NCBI GenBank assembly: GCA_035221665.1
Contig: CM069168.1
Location: 19,717,964 to 19,780,000, forward strand
Reading direction: 5' to 3'
Length of the DNA stretch: 62,037 nt
Origin: Okamejei kenojei
Taxonomy: Eukaryota
A program made the translations under genes and the position numbers. Positions 37,500-49,915 of the stretch are shown in pieces (positions within the stretch are counted from its first letter, which is position 1; the number at the start of each line of letters is the position of its first letter). The notes beneath the pieces are model-generated. The model was not told the origin of the DNA. It worked only from the letters and a program-made list of their open reading frames with translations, and did not search any database.

Positions 37500-38040
37500 A
37501 TATACTAGTGTGTTACACTCCAGTACCAGAGTATTATATACTAGTGTGCTACACTCCAGTACATTATATACTAGTGTGTTACACTCCAGTACCAGTGTAT
37601 TATATATTAGTGTGTTACAGTCCAGTACCAGAGTATTATATACTAGTGTGTTACACTCCAGTGTATTATATACTAGTGTGTTACACTCCAGTACCTGTGT
37701 ATTGTACACTGGGCGTGTTACACACCAGTGCCAGTGTATTATATACTAGTGTGCTACATTCCAGTACATTATATACTAGTGTGTCATACTCCAGTACCAG
37801 TACATTATATACTAGTGTGTTACACTCCAGTACCTGTGTATTGTACACTGGGCGTGTTACACTCCAGTACCTGTGTATTATATACTAGTGTGTTACACTC
37901 CAGTACAATATATACTAGTGTGCTACACTCCAGTGCCAGTGTATTATATACCAGTGTGTTACATTCCAGTACCAGTGTATTATATACTAGTGTGCTACAT
38001 TCCAGTACATTATATACTAGTGTGTTACACTCCAGCACCT
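37500..38040. repeat. 29/36-bp satellite (TATACTAGTGTGTTACACTCCAGTACCAGTGTATTA); left portion at 31400-31576
   Basis: Tandem units visible on both sides of the DIRS element. Confidence 0.92.
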
Positions 38041-38448
38041 GTGTGCGCACTTTATAACTTACTATAACTGATGTGTGTATTATCCTACAGCTCCACAGTA
38101 TGCTTCACATCACGAACAATTGTCCAATTACAGAGATGGCACGCGTGACAACATTCAGCTGCACGGTGTGCTGCAGGGCACGTAGGCAAGTGGCAGGTCC
38201 CTGTGACTGTGAGCTGTATCACACAGACACTGCCATCCTGCAGTATCACTGATTGCTATAAATATACAAGGCAGTGTCCTCCTGCAGTATCAGCAGAGAC
38301 CTTCTGCAAAGACACTCCCAAACCCTTCACATTCTTGATGAACCTTGCCCCTCCTGACTCCTTGAATGATCAATTACACACAGCCAAATCACACGGATGT
38401 GTGAATCTCTCTTCACTGTTTCTCTCAAATAAGATGACTATCTGAGTA

Positions 38449-38882
38449 GCACCTCATATTCCGCTTGGGGAGTCTGCATCCTCTGGGCTTGAACGTTGAA
38501 TTTTCTCAATTCTGTTAACCCTTGCTGTCTCTTCCCCTTCCCACCTCTCCCTCAGCCCTCGGGCCGTGGTATTCCCTCTCTCTCTATCTCTCTCCCCCAC
38601 CCTAGTCGCACTAGCATCTCATTTTCACACCACAAACAGCTTACAATAGCTTGTTCCCTTTATCATCGATACTTTTTGCATATCTTTCATTCATTGTTCT
38701 TTATCTCTCTACATCACCGTCTATATCTCTCGTTTCCCTGTTCCCTGACCAGTCTGAAGAAGGGTCTCGACCCAAAACGTCGCCTATCTCCTTCGCTCCT
38801 TAGATGCTGCTGCACCCGCTGAGTTTCTCCAGCTTTTTGTGTACCCTCGATTCTCCAGCATCTGCAGTTCCTTCTTTAACAC
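38449..38882 (+). mobile_element. 5'-truncated Penelope-like element: GIY-YIG C-terminus plus 3' repeat with hammerhead motif
   Basis: HLIFRLGSLHPLGLNVEFSQFC* at 38450-38518; hammerhead motif ~38751-38784; 14-bp TSD TGACTATCTGAGTA (38435-38448 / 38883-38896). Confidence 0.85.
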
Positions 38883-40319
38883 TGACTATCTGAGTAAACA
38901 AGGTGACCTGGGATTGTGAATGCAGATGGTGTGCCCATAATACCACCCACTCCTTCTGCAGGTCGACAGCAGACGCAGAACTCTGCTCAAACCCCCCCTC
39001 CCCCTCTCCCTCTACCTCTCCCTCCCCCCTCACCTCCCACTGCCCCTCCCTCACCCCTCCTCCACTCACTGTCCCTCCATTACCCCCTCCCTCTCCCACT
39101 ACCCCTCCCCCACCCACTGCCTCTCCCCCCCTTCTCCCCAATCTTGTTCCCCCTGAAGTTGGAATTGATTAGCAAGGTGGCTGTCAATGGGAAGGAGAGT
39201 CAGAGCAGACTTCACAACCATACACATCATCAGCTCATCTTTGCCGGCGAGATTTGTAGATATGGTAATTATTGCCATAATGGACTCAATTCTTGCATAA
39301 TATTCATCTGCTGAAGTATAAGCGCATTGTGTTGATTCTGGGCAGATTGTAACAGCTTTGTACAGTCTCACAGAACTGGCCTTTCCTAATGAATCACCCA
39401 TGGTCATAGAATACGCTGCAGCCCACTTAATTCAGTCCCTTTAATTAAAGTGTTTTGTTTGGGGAATCTCTCTTCCAGCGGTTACCTGTTCTGCCTCCAG
39501 GGTTAGGGAGTCTGAGCAGCATTGACACAAATGATCTTTGTCAAGTTTCACTGCAAGTCACAATAACTCTGTGGTCACAGATGCTACGCTGTGTCCGTCA
39601 CGCTGATCATTGCAAATTCCATTCATCAAGCAGACGAGAATAAACCTGCGGACATCTGTCACTGCGCGGCAGGCACAAGGGACAGGAATCTTCAGCAAAG
39701 GGTCTGGGGCTTCAAAGGGCCCGAACCCAATGCTGACAAAGGATTGCAACATTTCAGCAATCTCCAGACACATTGTGAATAATAACACAAGGTCTACAAG
39801 AAAAAGGCCATTGGACTCAGCTTGCCTTCAGCTACTAATTGCTGCTCAAACTGACCTTTGCCAAGTTATTCCTGGAAGTGGCAATTGGTTTTATCTGATT
39901 TCTCACCATCACTAGTTCCATGTGGTTATGAAATTTAACCATCACTTTGGTAAAGCACGAATATTCTACTTCAGCCAAGAACGGATTAAAATAAAAAGCC
40001 ACAATGATTTGACCCACAAGGTACATTGTAGGAGTTACAGCAGCAGTGATAATGAGCATCATAGAGAGAGGCAGAGGGGAGATTTACCCCGAGGCTGAAG
40101 CAGCTGCTCTCCAATACGTTAATCAAATGAAGGCAGGTCTGTATGATATTGGTGGAGAGTGAGAATTATTCTTAATTTGAGGCAGTATTTACACCAAATG
40201 TAAGCCCTTATAGACAATAGCAACTGACCAAGTGTTGGTCAATGGGATTATACACAGGTATCTGATACATAACATGGACACGATTGATTGGTTGAAACAC
40301 CAATAGACCAGCATAGACC

Positions 40320-40650
40320 AGGCCCTTTGGCCCACTGCCTCCACGCTGACTATTGATCACACTCGTTCTTTGCTATCCCACTTTTAAAACCACTCCCTAC
40401 ACACTAGGGACAATTCGCAGAGGGTCGATTAACCTACAAACCCACTCGTCTTGGGGATGTGAGAGGAAATCAGAGCATCCGGAAGAAACCCATGTGGTTG
40501 CAGGGAGAACGTGCAAACTCCACACAGACAGTGCCAGCGGTCAGGATTGAACCCGGGTCTCTGGCGCTGTGAGGCAGTGGCTCTCCCACCTGTGCACTGT
40601 GGTGAAGATTGCAAGTCTAGGTTAATTGGCCTCTGTAACATTTCACCCAG
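40320..40650 (-). mobile_element. HE1-like SINE
   Basis: GAACCCGGGTCTCTGGCGCTGTGAGGCAG head and core; similar fragments at ~770-945, 22703-22940, 24895-25090. Confidence 0.7.
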
Positions 40651-41754
40651 TGTGTAGGGAGTTCTGCTTTCAACCTTCTGTACCTTCTGCCAGAGGAGTG
40701 GGGAGAACAGGGAATGACCAGAGTGAGAAAGATGCTTGATTATGTTGGTACCAGTGTGATGTGGATGGAGTCAATGGTGGGGAGTCTGGCCAGTGTGAGC
40801 AGTGTAAATACACCTCCTCAGTTTCCACCTTGTTGATATTTTATATAATGAATGGGAGATGTTCAGATGGACACTGCCCAGTGAAACACTAGCACAAGCT
40901 GCTGCCCAGCCAACATCATGGGAATGTATTTTTCTACTCAGCTCTACGATGCTTCATTTCAACCAGTGTTTTCCGATTTACAAACATTTTTGAATGATAC
41001 TTTTCACAGGAGCGTTCTGCGAGATCAGCAACTCAACTGCATGCTTAAGCTCCACAGAAACTTTGCGGACCTGACCTGCAAGTCCCGTTGCAATGTGAAT
41101 CTATTCCAAATGGATATTGTAAATGTTAAAAACTTTGTTCACAGCACTGGTCCATTTTGCTACTGACTGGGGAAAGGCAGTTTTAGAATGAAGCTGATTG
41201 TGATTCCTCAAGCTAATCGTTACTTGCTGCTGATGGTGAAATACGATGTCACCAGCCGTTATAGCACGACAGGCAATGGAGTGACCGCACGCTAAGTGTC
41301 TTTACAAAACACAGACTGCAAAAAGCAGTCAACAAATGTAAATACTTCCTTATTTTAATAAAAGTATAAAGCCTTCTCTAGCCTAATTACAAAGATCAAC
41401 TGAAAGGCTGGGCTTTATCTGAAGGTGCTGAAGTATTACACTTGGGCAAACGCTGTCACCTCATCTGCTGTAATATATTTGAATCAGCTTCATACAATTG
41501 TTAAGCCATTGAGTCATCAAGTCAGTGATAGTTCTCATCTCCTTCCAGGCATCCCATGGCAGAGAAATCTTCAGGCTATGTCTGATATCACAGTGATATC
41601 AAGGAGAAACCGCATGTACTCAGCTTGTATATTCTCATCTATATAAGAATAACAAATGATCCAATTAACCTGGCTTAAATGATTAAAAGATTTGAGAGGG
41701 TAGATAGAGGAACTATTTTCTCTGCTGCACCACAATGGGACACTACCTTAAAAT

Positions 41755-42210
41755 CAGAAACAAGAAACTGCAGATGCTGTTTTACAAAAAAAAGACAAAG
41801 TGCTGGAGTAACGCAGTGGGTCAAACAGCATCTCTGGAGAACATGGACAGGTAATGTTTTGGGTTGGGACCCTTCTTCAGACTGATTGTCGGGGGTGGGG
41901 AATAAAGCTGGGAGAGGGTCTCACAAAACTGTCAGGGAGGAGAACTTCTTCAAAGTAGGTAAATGAAGAGATATTGCAGTGGACCAATCAAAATATTGAA
42001 ACAGGGAACTGCAGATGGTGGTTTACAATAAAAGACACAAAGTGCTGGAGTAACTCAGCGGGTCAGGCAGCATCTCTGGAGAATACAGATTGGTCATGTT
42101 TTGGGTCTGGACTGGGTTTGAAAAGGGTCCCAAACCAAAACGTCCCATCCCTGTTCTCTTGGGATGCTGCCTTTCCTGCTGAGTTACTCCAGCATTTTGT
42201 GTCTTTTTAT
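41755..42210. mobile_element. Cluster of older PLE 3'-end copies, including an inverted pair
   Basis: GACACAAAGTGCTGGAGTAACTCAG...CTGAGTTACTCCAGCATTTTGTGTC. Confidence 0.7.
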
Positions 42211-42247
42211 CCTTAAAAGCCTGTAACAGCATTTTCAATGCACAGGA

Positions 42248-44530
42248 AGATGAGAGGTGGCAGAGAGGTCTGTGATCATGGGGAACAAGGACATGGCAGA
42301 CCAATTTAATAACGACTTTGGTTCTGTCTTCACTAAGGAAGACATAAATAATCTGCCGGAAATAGCAGAGGACCGGGGGTCAAATAAGGTGGAGGAACTG
42401 AGTGAAATCCAGGTTAGCCGGGAAGTGGTGTTGGGTAAATTGAATGGATTAAAAGCCGATAAATCCCCAGGGCCAGATAGTCTGCATCCCTGAGTACTCA
42501 AGGAAGTAGCCACGGAAATAGTGGATGCATCAGTGATAATTTTTCAAAACACCTTAGATTCTGGAGTAGTTCCTGAGGATTGGAGGGTAGCTAATGTAAC
42601 CCCACTTTTTAAAAAAGGAGGGAGAGAGAAAACGGGGAATTACAGACCAGTTAGTCTAACATCGGTAGTGGGGAAACTGCTAGAGTCAGTTATTAAAGAT
42701 GGGATAGCAGTACATTTGGAAAGTGGTGAAATCATTAGACAAAGTCAGCATGGATTTACGAAAGGTAAATCATGTCTGACGATTCTTATAGAATTTTTCG
42801 AGGATGTAACTAGCAGAGTGGATAAGGGAGAACCAGTGGATGTGTTATATCTAGACTTTCAGAAGGCTTTCGACAAGGTCCCACATAAGAGATTAGTATA
42901 CAAACTTAAAGCACACAGTATTGGGGGTTCAGTATTGATGTAGAAAGAGAACTGGCTGGCAGACAGGAAGCAAAAGGTAGGAGTAAACGGGTCCTTTTCA
43001 GAATGGCAGGCAGTGACTAGTGGGGTACCGCAAGGCTCAGTGCTGGGACCCCAGCTATTTACAATATATATTAATAATTTGGACGAGGGAATTGAATGCA
43101 ACATCTCCAAGTTTGCAGATGACACTAAGTTGGGGGTAGTGTTAGATGTGAGGAGGATGCTAGAAGGCTGCAAGGTGACTTGGATAGGCTGGGTGAGTGG
43201 GCAAATGCATGGCAGTTGCAGTATAATGTGGATAAATGTGAGGCTATCCACTTTGGTGGCAAAAACAGGAGGGTAGACTATTATCTGAATGGTGGCAAAT
43301 TAGGAAAAGGGGAGATGCAACGAGACCTGAGTTTCATGGTACACCAGTCATTGAAAGTAGGCATGCAGGTGCAGCAGGCAGTGAAGAAAGCAAATGGTAT
43401 GTTAGCATTCATAGCAAAAGTATTTGAGTATAGGAGCAGGGAGGTTCTACTGCAGTTGTACTGGGTTTTAGTGAGACCACACCTGGAGTATTGCATACAG
43501 TTTTGGTCTCCAAATCTGAGAAAAGACACTCTTGCCATAGAGGGGGTGCAGAGAAGGTTCACCAGACTGATTCCTGGGATGTCAGGACTTTTATATGAGG
43601 AAAGACTGGATAGACTTGGCTTGTACTCGCTAAAATTTAGAAGACTGAGGTGGGATCTTATAGAAACTTACAAAATTCTTAAGGGGTTGGATAGGCTAGA
43701 TGCAGGAAGATTGTTCCTGATAGAAACATAGAAACATAGAAATTAGGTGCAGGAGTAGGCCATTCAGCCCTTCGAGCCTGCACCGCCATTCAATATGATC
43801 ATGGCTGATCATCCAACTCAGTATCCCGTACCTGCCTTCTCTCCATACCCTCTGATCCCCTTAGCCACAAGGGCCACATCCAACTCACTCTTAAATATAG
43901 CCAATGAACTGGCCTCAACTACCCTCTGTGGCACAGAGTTCCAGAGACTCACCACTCTCTGTGTGAAAAAAGTCTTTCTCATCTCGGTCTTAAAGGATTT
44001 CCCCCTTATCCTTAAGCTGTGACCCCTTGTCCTGGACTTCCCCAACATCGGGAACAATCTTCCTGCATCTAGCCTGTCCAACCCCTTAAGAATTTTGTAA
44101 GTTTCTATAAGATCCCCTCTCAATCTCCTAAATTCCAGAGAGTATAAACCGAGTCTATCCAGTCTTTCTTCATAAGACAGTCCTGACATCCCAGGAATCA
44201 GTCTGTTGGGGAGGTCCAGAACAAGGGGTCACAGTCTAAGGATAAGGGGGAATTCCTTTAGGACCGAGATGAGGAAAACATTTTTCACACAGAGAGTGGT
44301 GAGTCTCTGGAATTCTCTGCCACAGAAGGTAGTTGAGGCCAGTTCATTGGCTATATTTAAGAGGGAGTTAGATGTGGCCCTTGTGGCTAAAGGGATCAGG
44401 GGGTATGGAGAGAAGGCAGGTACAGGATACTGAGTTGGATGATCAGCAATGATCATATTGAATGGTGGTGCAGGCTCGAAGGGCCGAATGGCCTACTCCT
44501 GCACCTATTTTCTATGTTTATATATTTCTA
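42248..44530 (+). mobile_element. CR1 LINE (RT region to tail), interrupted by an antisense CR1
   Basis: [32 protein letters not shown]; resumes at 44205. Confidence 0.93.
43722..44204 (-). mobile_element. Young CR1 3' fragment in antisense inside another CR1
   Basis: ORF 43818-44189 matches the C-terminus of the 7068-7796 copy; AGAAACAT tail repeats. Confidence 0.93.
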
Positions 44531-45689
44531 TGACTCAGCTTCTCATCACAAGTACAGCTTTCCGCCATCAGGAGCTTCGACACCAAACATTGCCCAAGAA
44601 CCTTCCATCTACCACCATTGGGCCAATCCCTCTTCTCACTGGTACCTTCAGGCAGGAGTTACAGAAAACAGAAGTCCCACACCACCGGTTTCAGGAACAG
44701 TTAATTCCCTACAACTATCCAGGTTCTGCACAACCCCAGTTTCACCCGGCCACTCAATCACCTCTCCCGCACGACCATCCACTTGTTTCATTTTAACGGT
44801 CTCTTCAGCCGCAAACAACGTTGCTGTAGCCGAGGTTTGGAGCAAGCAGCCTACAACTAGGATGCATCACCCATGGTTAGTCATGACTGAGGGGGCCTAC
44901 CTACTTTACAGGATGGTCATTTTCTTTTTGCAGTCTTTTTTCTTCTGATTGTCTTGCAGAATTTGTGTGATTAACGTAGAATTTGTGTATGATTTATATA
45001 TGATTTATGTTTTTGTGTTTGAGTAAGTGTGCCTGTGATGCTGCTGCAAGCAAGTTTCCTGTACTTCACGTGTACCTCACCTGTATCTCATCTGTATCAC
45101 ATGTGTACCTCACCTGTACCTCACTGTACTTGTGCAGTTGGCATTAAGCTTGATAACTGGGACATTTGTGGTCCTTTGCACTGGACATGGGAGAATCTGA
45201 CTGACACAAAGTTCTGAATCTGGGCTCTCCCTGAAATGTCAAACCTGACCGACTGATCCTTGTTGGACAAGCATATCAAATCAAGTCAAGTTTATATTTG
45301 TTCGTTACATACACATACGAGATGTGCAGTGAAATGAAAAGTGGCAATGCTTGTGGATTGTGCAAAAAAAAACCCTACAAAACAGAATGGAACAGATTCA
45401 CATATTCACATATTACATATTTGTGGGAGGAAAAATAGAAAAAAAGAGAAATTTTTAAAAGACACCACACAACAGTAAAAAGATTCAGTAAAGTTAGTCC
45501 CTGGTGAGATAGGTGTATACAGTCCTAATGGCCTCTGGGAAGAAACTCCTTCTCATCTCATATGAAGGGGATTTTGGACAATGACCCTGTCCCGAGTTTG
45601 TTGCTGATCAATGAGATGTAGCAGTGGTAGAACAAACTCTTGTCAACACTCTCTTGAGGGAAACGGTTCTTCCCAGAACACCTCCATAA

Positions 45690-46140
45690 GAGATTTATGG
45701 GGTTTTCCCAGGGACACATTCAGAGATGGACATTGTCTTGCTGGAAGGTCATCAACTTGGTGAAAGATGCTCTTTGGTCTGCCCGAACCTTATTGACCTC
45801 CCTGCAGTGCGAGATGTCCGTCAGGGAATGTTGCCGACTGGCCCGCTCCAGACTGCAGGAATACGTGCTGAGGGACGCACTGAAGCTCGGTGCAGCCAAC
45901 GCCAAGGCTCGGTGGGGGAGGACCACAGTCTAGCGTCCTTCCGCTGCTGGTCATTGGGGGCAGATTCCGATGGGACACCCCTCACACAAGGGAAGGGGCC
46001 ATCAGTGGCAAGGGTGTTTTGTCTAAAGATGGGTGTGAACGCTACTGAATGTGACACTGATTAATGTACAGCCAGTGATTATGTCTGAAGAGATTTTGCA
46101 GACTTTGTTTTGTATAATTTTATTCTGAATAAAGTTTTTA
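45690..46140 (+). mobile_element. Tx1/L1-like LINE 3' fragment
   Basis: WKVINLVKDALWSAR...ECCRLARSRLQEYVLRD...ARWG*, AATAAA near 46128. Confidence 0.7.
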
Positions 46141-46694
46141 TTTTAAGGGCTCAGTAACCTGACCAATTGAAATAAAGTTGCAAGATATTAGCAGCATGAG
46201 AGAAAGGTGATAAATAAGGCGTTCACCGTGATATATTTCAACTCTCTTTCCTAACACATGATTAACACATGATTAGTCCATAATGTTTATCAAACTGAAA
46301 CACACAACACATCTCAACAACTCTGTAGATTGATGTTGCACGTTAACCAATCACACATAAGCTTGGTCAATGCGGTAACGAACCCTAATCCGAATGAAAA
46401 CCATCACAGCTTCCATCAATAAACACAGTTTACATTTTTTTGATGATTTTGATGATACCTAAACCAAAATAATATGACATCCTGTGGGAATGTTGCAAAT
46501 TAAATCGAGTGACACACTTGCCCCCAAAACATTAACAATTCCATTCAAATCATATTGTTCCATTTCAGGAGCCGGCCATCCATTATTGTCCAAAATACTG
46601 CCGATATTTCGGGCAGTTCTCGAATAGTTGCAGATGCACAAGAATCTGTTGGGCTTTTCATGGCCATCCTAACATGCTCAATGACGGTCACAGA

Positions 46695-46950
46695 ATCAGT
46701 CATACAGCACGGAAACAGGCCCTTCAGCCCAACTCGTCCATGCTGACCAAGATTCCTATCTAAACTAATTGAATTTGTCAGCATTAGGTCCATATCTCTC
46801 TAAACCTTTCCTATCCATGTACCTGTCCAAGTGTATTTTATATGTTGTGTTGTACCTCACTACCTCCTCATTCCATGCATTCACTACCCTCCGTGTGAAA
46901 AAGTTGCCCCGCAGGTTCCTATTAAATCTTTCCCCTCTCATCATAAACCT
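46695..46950 (-). mobile_element. Old CR1 3' fragment
   Basis: RGERFNRNLRGNFFTRRVVNAWN. Confidence 0.75.
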
Positions 46951-48096
46951 AGTCCTCACATATGTTTTACCCCCCCCCACCACTATAAAGACGCTCCGTG
47001 ACAATACTCCACTGTAATACTCCAACCTCCAATTCAGAGGTCCCCAAATTAACCAAGAGTGGAACAAGGACAAGCTACACCCCGAAACGTCGCCTATCTC
47101 CTTCGCTCCTTAGATGCTGCTGCACCCGCTGAGTTTCTCCAGCCTTTTGTGTACCCTAAGCTATATTCAACATCTGTCGTATTGGATTGTCACCAGGTTG
47201 AAATTCTCTAGTGCACTGGTCGCCGACAGGTGACATCACACCTTCACCGGGAACCTGCTTCAATAACTCCACTGACTCAAACAGTGAGAGAGATATGGAA
47301 ATATCGCCAATGAAAGCCAAGGTACTGTCTGATTCACCTCGACCCCTTTGCGGACATTGGACTTTGTCTGTGGAACTGATGCGCTACAATGCTGAGAACT
47401 ATATTCACTCTGTATCTCCCCCTTTGCTCCACCTGTTGGACCTGAGTTTTAACTGAATTCTCTGTATTGTACATCTGATCTGTTTGGATACAACCTTGGT
47501 TTCGTGAAACCTAATAACAGTTTCACGTAGTTTATGCCATCTACTGCTTCCCGATCGCCCTTCGGCCCACAATGTCAGTCTGTGCCTCCTGAACTGGGAC
47601 TTCAATGGGATTGTTGTATCGAATGAGACACGCCAATTGATTTCACAGGATGTGCCAAAAGATTTGGTTTAGGTTTTTTATAAAACATTTTTAAATATCA
47701 CGTTTCCAAATTGAAAATGTAACGGCGCACTTGACGTAAGCGGTCGGGGCGTCCTCCTCCAGAGATGCTGCCGCAACGCGCAAGTTAGTAAAAGCGATTA
47801 TTTATTTCCATATAACACCTCGTGTTATCAATGCCGCTTCAACAAATCACAGCGGGGTTTCTTTACAAAAATACATTTTCCTGCAGAAATTCTCGCCAAA
47901 GGACATGAAACGTCAAGTTGTAAATGTACAATTTACCAACAGTCGCCCTCGCCCGGCGCTGTCAGTAATCGGATACAACCCTCAGGGACATACAATGTGT
48001 AGGAAAAAACCGCAGATGCTGGTTTAAATCAAAGATAGACACAAAATGCTGGAGTAAATCAGCAGGACAGGCAGCATCTCTGGAGAGAAGGAATGG

Positions 48097-48127
48097 GTGA
48101 CGTTTCGGGTCGGACCCTTCTTCAGAC
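48097..48127 (-). ncRNA. Minimal hammerhead motif within a PLE 3'-end copy (~47995-48127)
   Basis: Reverse complement GUCUGAAGAAGGGUCCGACCCGAAACGUCAC. Confidence 0.65.
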
Positions 48128-48423
48128 AGGTAGATAGACTCGAGTTATTCGCTGTCCAACAAAGGCAGGAGCGGGGATGGATGCTTCTGCGTCTGCATGA
48201 TAAATAGGCGCTGCATCAACCCGCCTGCTAACGCACTCGGTCTGGGGAATCTCTCTGTGGCATCGTCAACCTCAACGTTTACAATCCATCGGGCTGTAAA
48301 AGTTCACGCTCGCAAAGGTACTGAAGGCAAACGGTCTTAAAAAAAATGCGTCCAGCGTCCTGTAGATCTCCTTAATAAACGTCCGCACATATTGAGAAAT
48401 AACGCACGCAATGGCAACCTCAC

Positions 48424-48820
48424 CTGGTGATGCGTCGCCTGGTTAAATCATCGCCCGTCTCACAGTCTCCCCGCCCCGGCACCGCTCCCCTTCAGCGGCG
48501 TGGCGGCTGCGGCATTCCCTCCCGAGCAGTGTGTGTGCTGTCGGGGCGGCGGGTAGTGTGTGTCGGGCGGGGCCGATGCAGCTTCAGCTTCAGCTCCAGC
48601 TTCAGCTTCAGCGACAACACAAAGGCTCCGGGATCCGAGTGTTTACATCAGACGCTGGTCGCGGCCCCGGGACCGGCGCTCCCTCTGCTGGCGGCGCGAG
48701 GAATCACTGCGGCACTGGGTGAGGGTGGATCAGGGCATCGGCTTCCAGGGGCGACGCCTACAGCCCCTCCCCTCCCCTCCCCTCCCTCCCTCCCTCCCTC
48801 TCTCTCTCCCTCCTCCCTGC
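48424..48820 (-). promoter_or_regulatory. ADD2: CpG-rich promoter region and candidate non-coding first exon of ADD2
   Basis: Non-repeat CpG-dense segment upstream of the CDS, with GC boxes and a minus-strand donor CAG|GTGAGG at 48424/48423; the ATG exon has its own acceptor at 18410, so an upstream exon must exist. Confidence 0.6.
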
Positions 48821-48969
48821 ATGAAGTGAAAACAATATCAGAATTTATCAAGGGTCCCAACCTGAAACGTCCTACCCATGTCTTCTAGACGTGCTGCCTG
48901 ACCCCCTAAGTTACTCCAGCACTTTGTGTCCTTGTTCAGAATGTATCCATTTTTAAATGGAGAATAGAA

Positions 48970-49080
48970 TGGGTGGCGCAGCAGGTGGAGCTGCTGCATC
49001 ACAGCGCCAGAGGTTCTCCCTAACCCCGGGTGCTGTCTGTGTGGAGTCACGTGCTCTTCCTGTGACTGTACGTTTCCCTT
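48970..49080 (+). mobile_element. HE1-like SINE 5' half (3' half at ~57571-57790)
   Basis: GGTGGCGCAGC..AGCTGCTGC.TCACAGCGCCAGAG head; core resumes GGGTGCTCCAGTTT after the TSD at 57583. Confidence 0.7.
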
Positions 49081-49915
49081 TTAAAAAAAATATACCAATA
49101 CTATTATTCAAAAAAATAAACATAGAGCATTAACACAATCAAAGACTGCCTATGTTGACAGTTTAGAAACAAACTATCACCAAATTAATATAACGGCAAC
49201 TTTATCAACAAAACACTCGACCTCCCGCTGCGACCAGCGTTCACGGACGGCCTCCAAAGTCCCCGTGGACACCGCGTGTTCCCTCTTAAGGGACACGCGG
49301 GCACGGACGTCGGCCCGGAATAGAGTCATGCAGTCAACCCCGGTGCAGCCGTTGACTACCCACTGCCTGGACTCTTGAATTACCATCTTGGCCTGGCCCA
49401 GATCGACAGCGAAATCCCCCTCCACCTTCTCCCCTCTGTACCAGGAGCGTGGGGCTAAAATGTAGCCAAACCTTGAGGAACGGTCCCTACAGATAGTCGA
49501 ACAGGGGCTGCAACCTCACACACTGCATGTACAAATGAAACACAGTCTCTTCCTAGCTACAGAAGTGACAGGCAGCTGGCGAGTCCATGAACCGACTCAA
49601 GTACCTGTTACAGGCCATAGCCATGTGCAACACTCTCGACGCCAGGTCTCACTTATAGAGAGACCTCCATTGAGCACCACTCCCACCATCAGGACGTGTC
49701 CAGAGAGAAGACAAGGGGGAGGAAGTGCAGAGTATACAGGAGCAGCCTGCACAGTATGCGCCTCTCCGCGTCACGGAACGGCACGCTGGGCATCTCGGAA
49801 AGGCGGCTCATGTTGCATGGGGCCGGCTTTCGGGAAGGGACCCGGACCGTAGGTCCTATGAGCAATTCCAACTGAGCAGGGGTAAGCTTGGCCGTAATCA
49901 CTCCAGGCATATGCC
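49081..49915 (-). mobile_element. Tx1/L1-clade LINE, 3' part (split by the ERV)
   Basis: Minus-strand FC..EETVFHLYMQCVRLQPLF...LHFSPTLL zinc-finger region and LGQAKM...FRADVRARVSL C-terminus. Confidence 0.8.
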
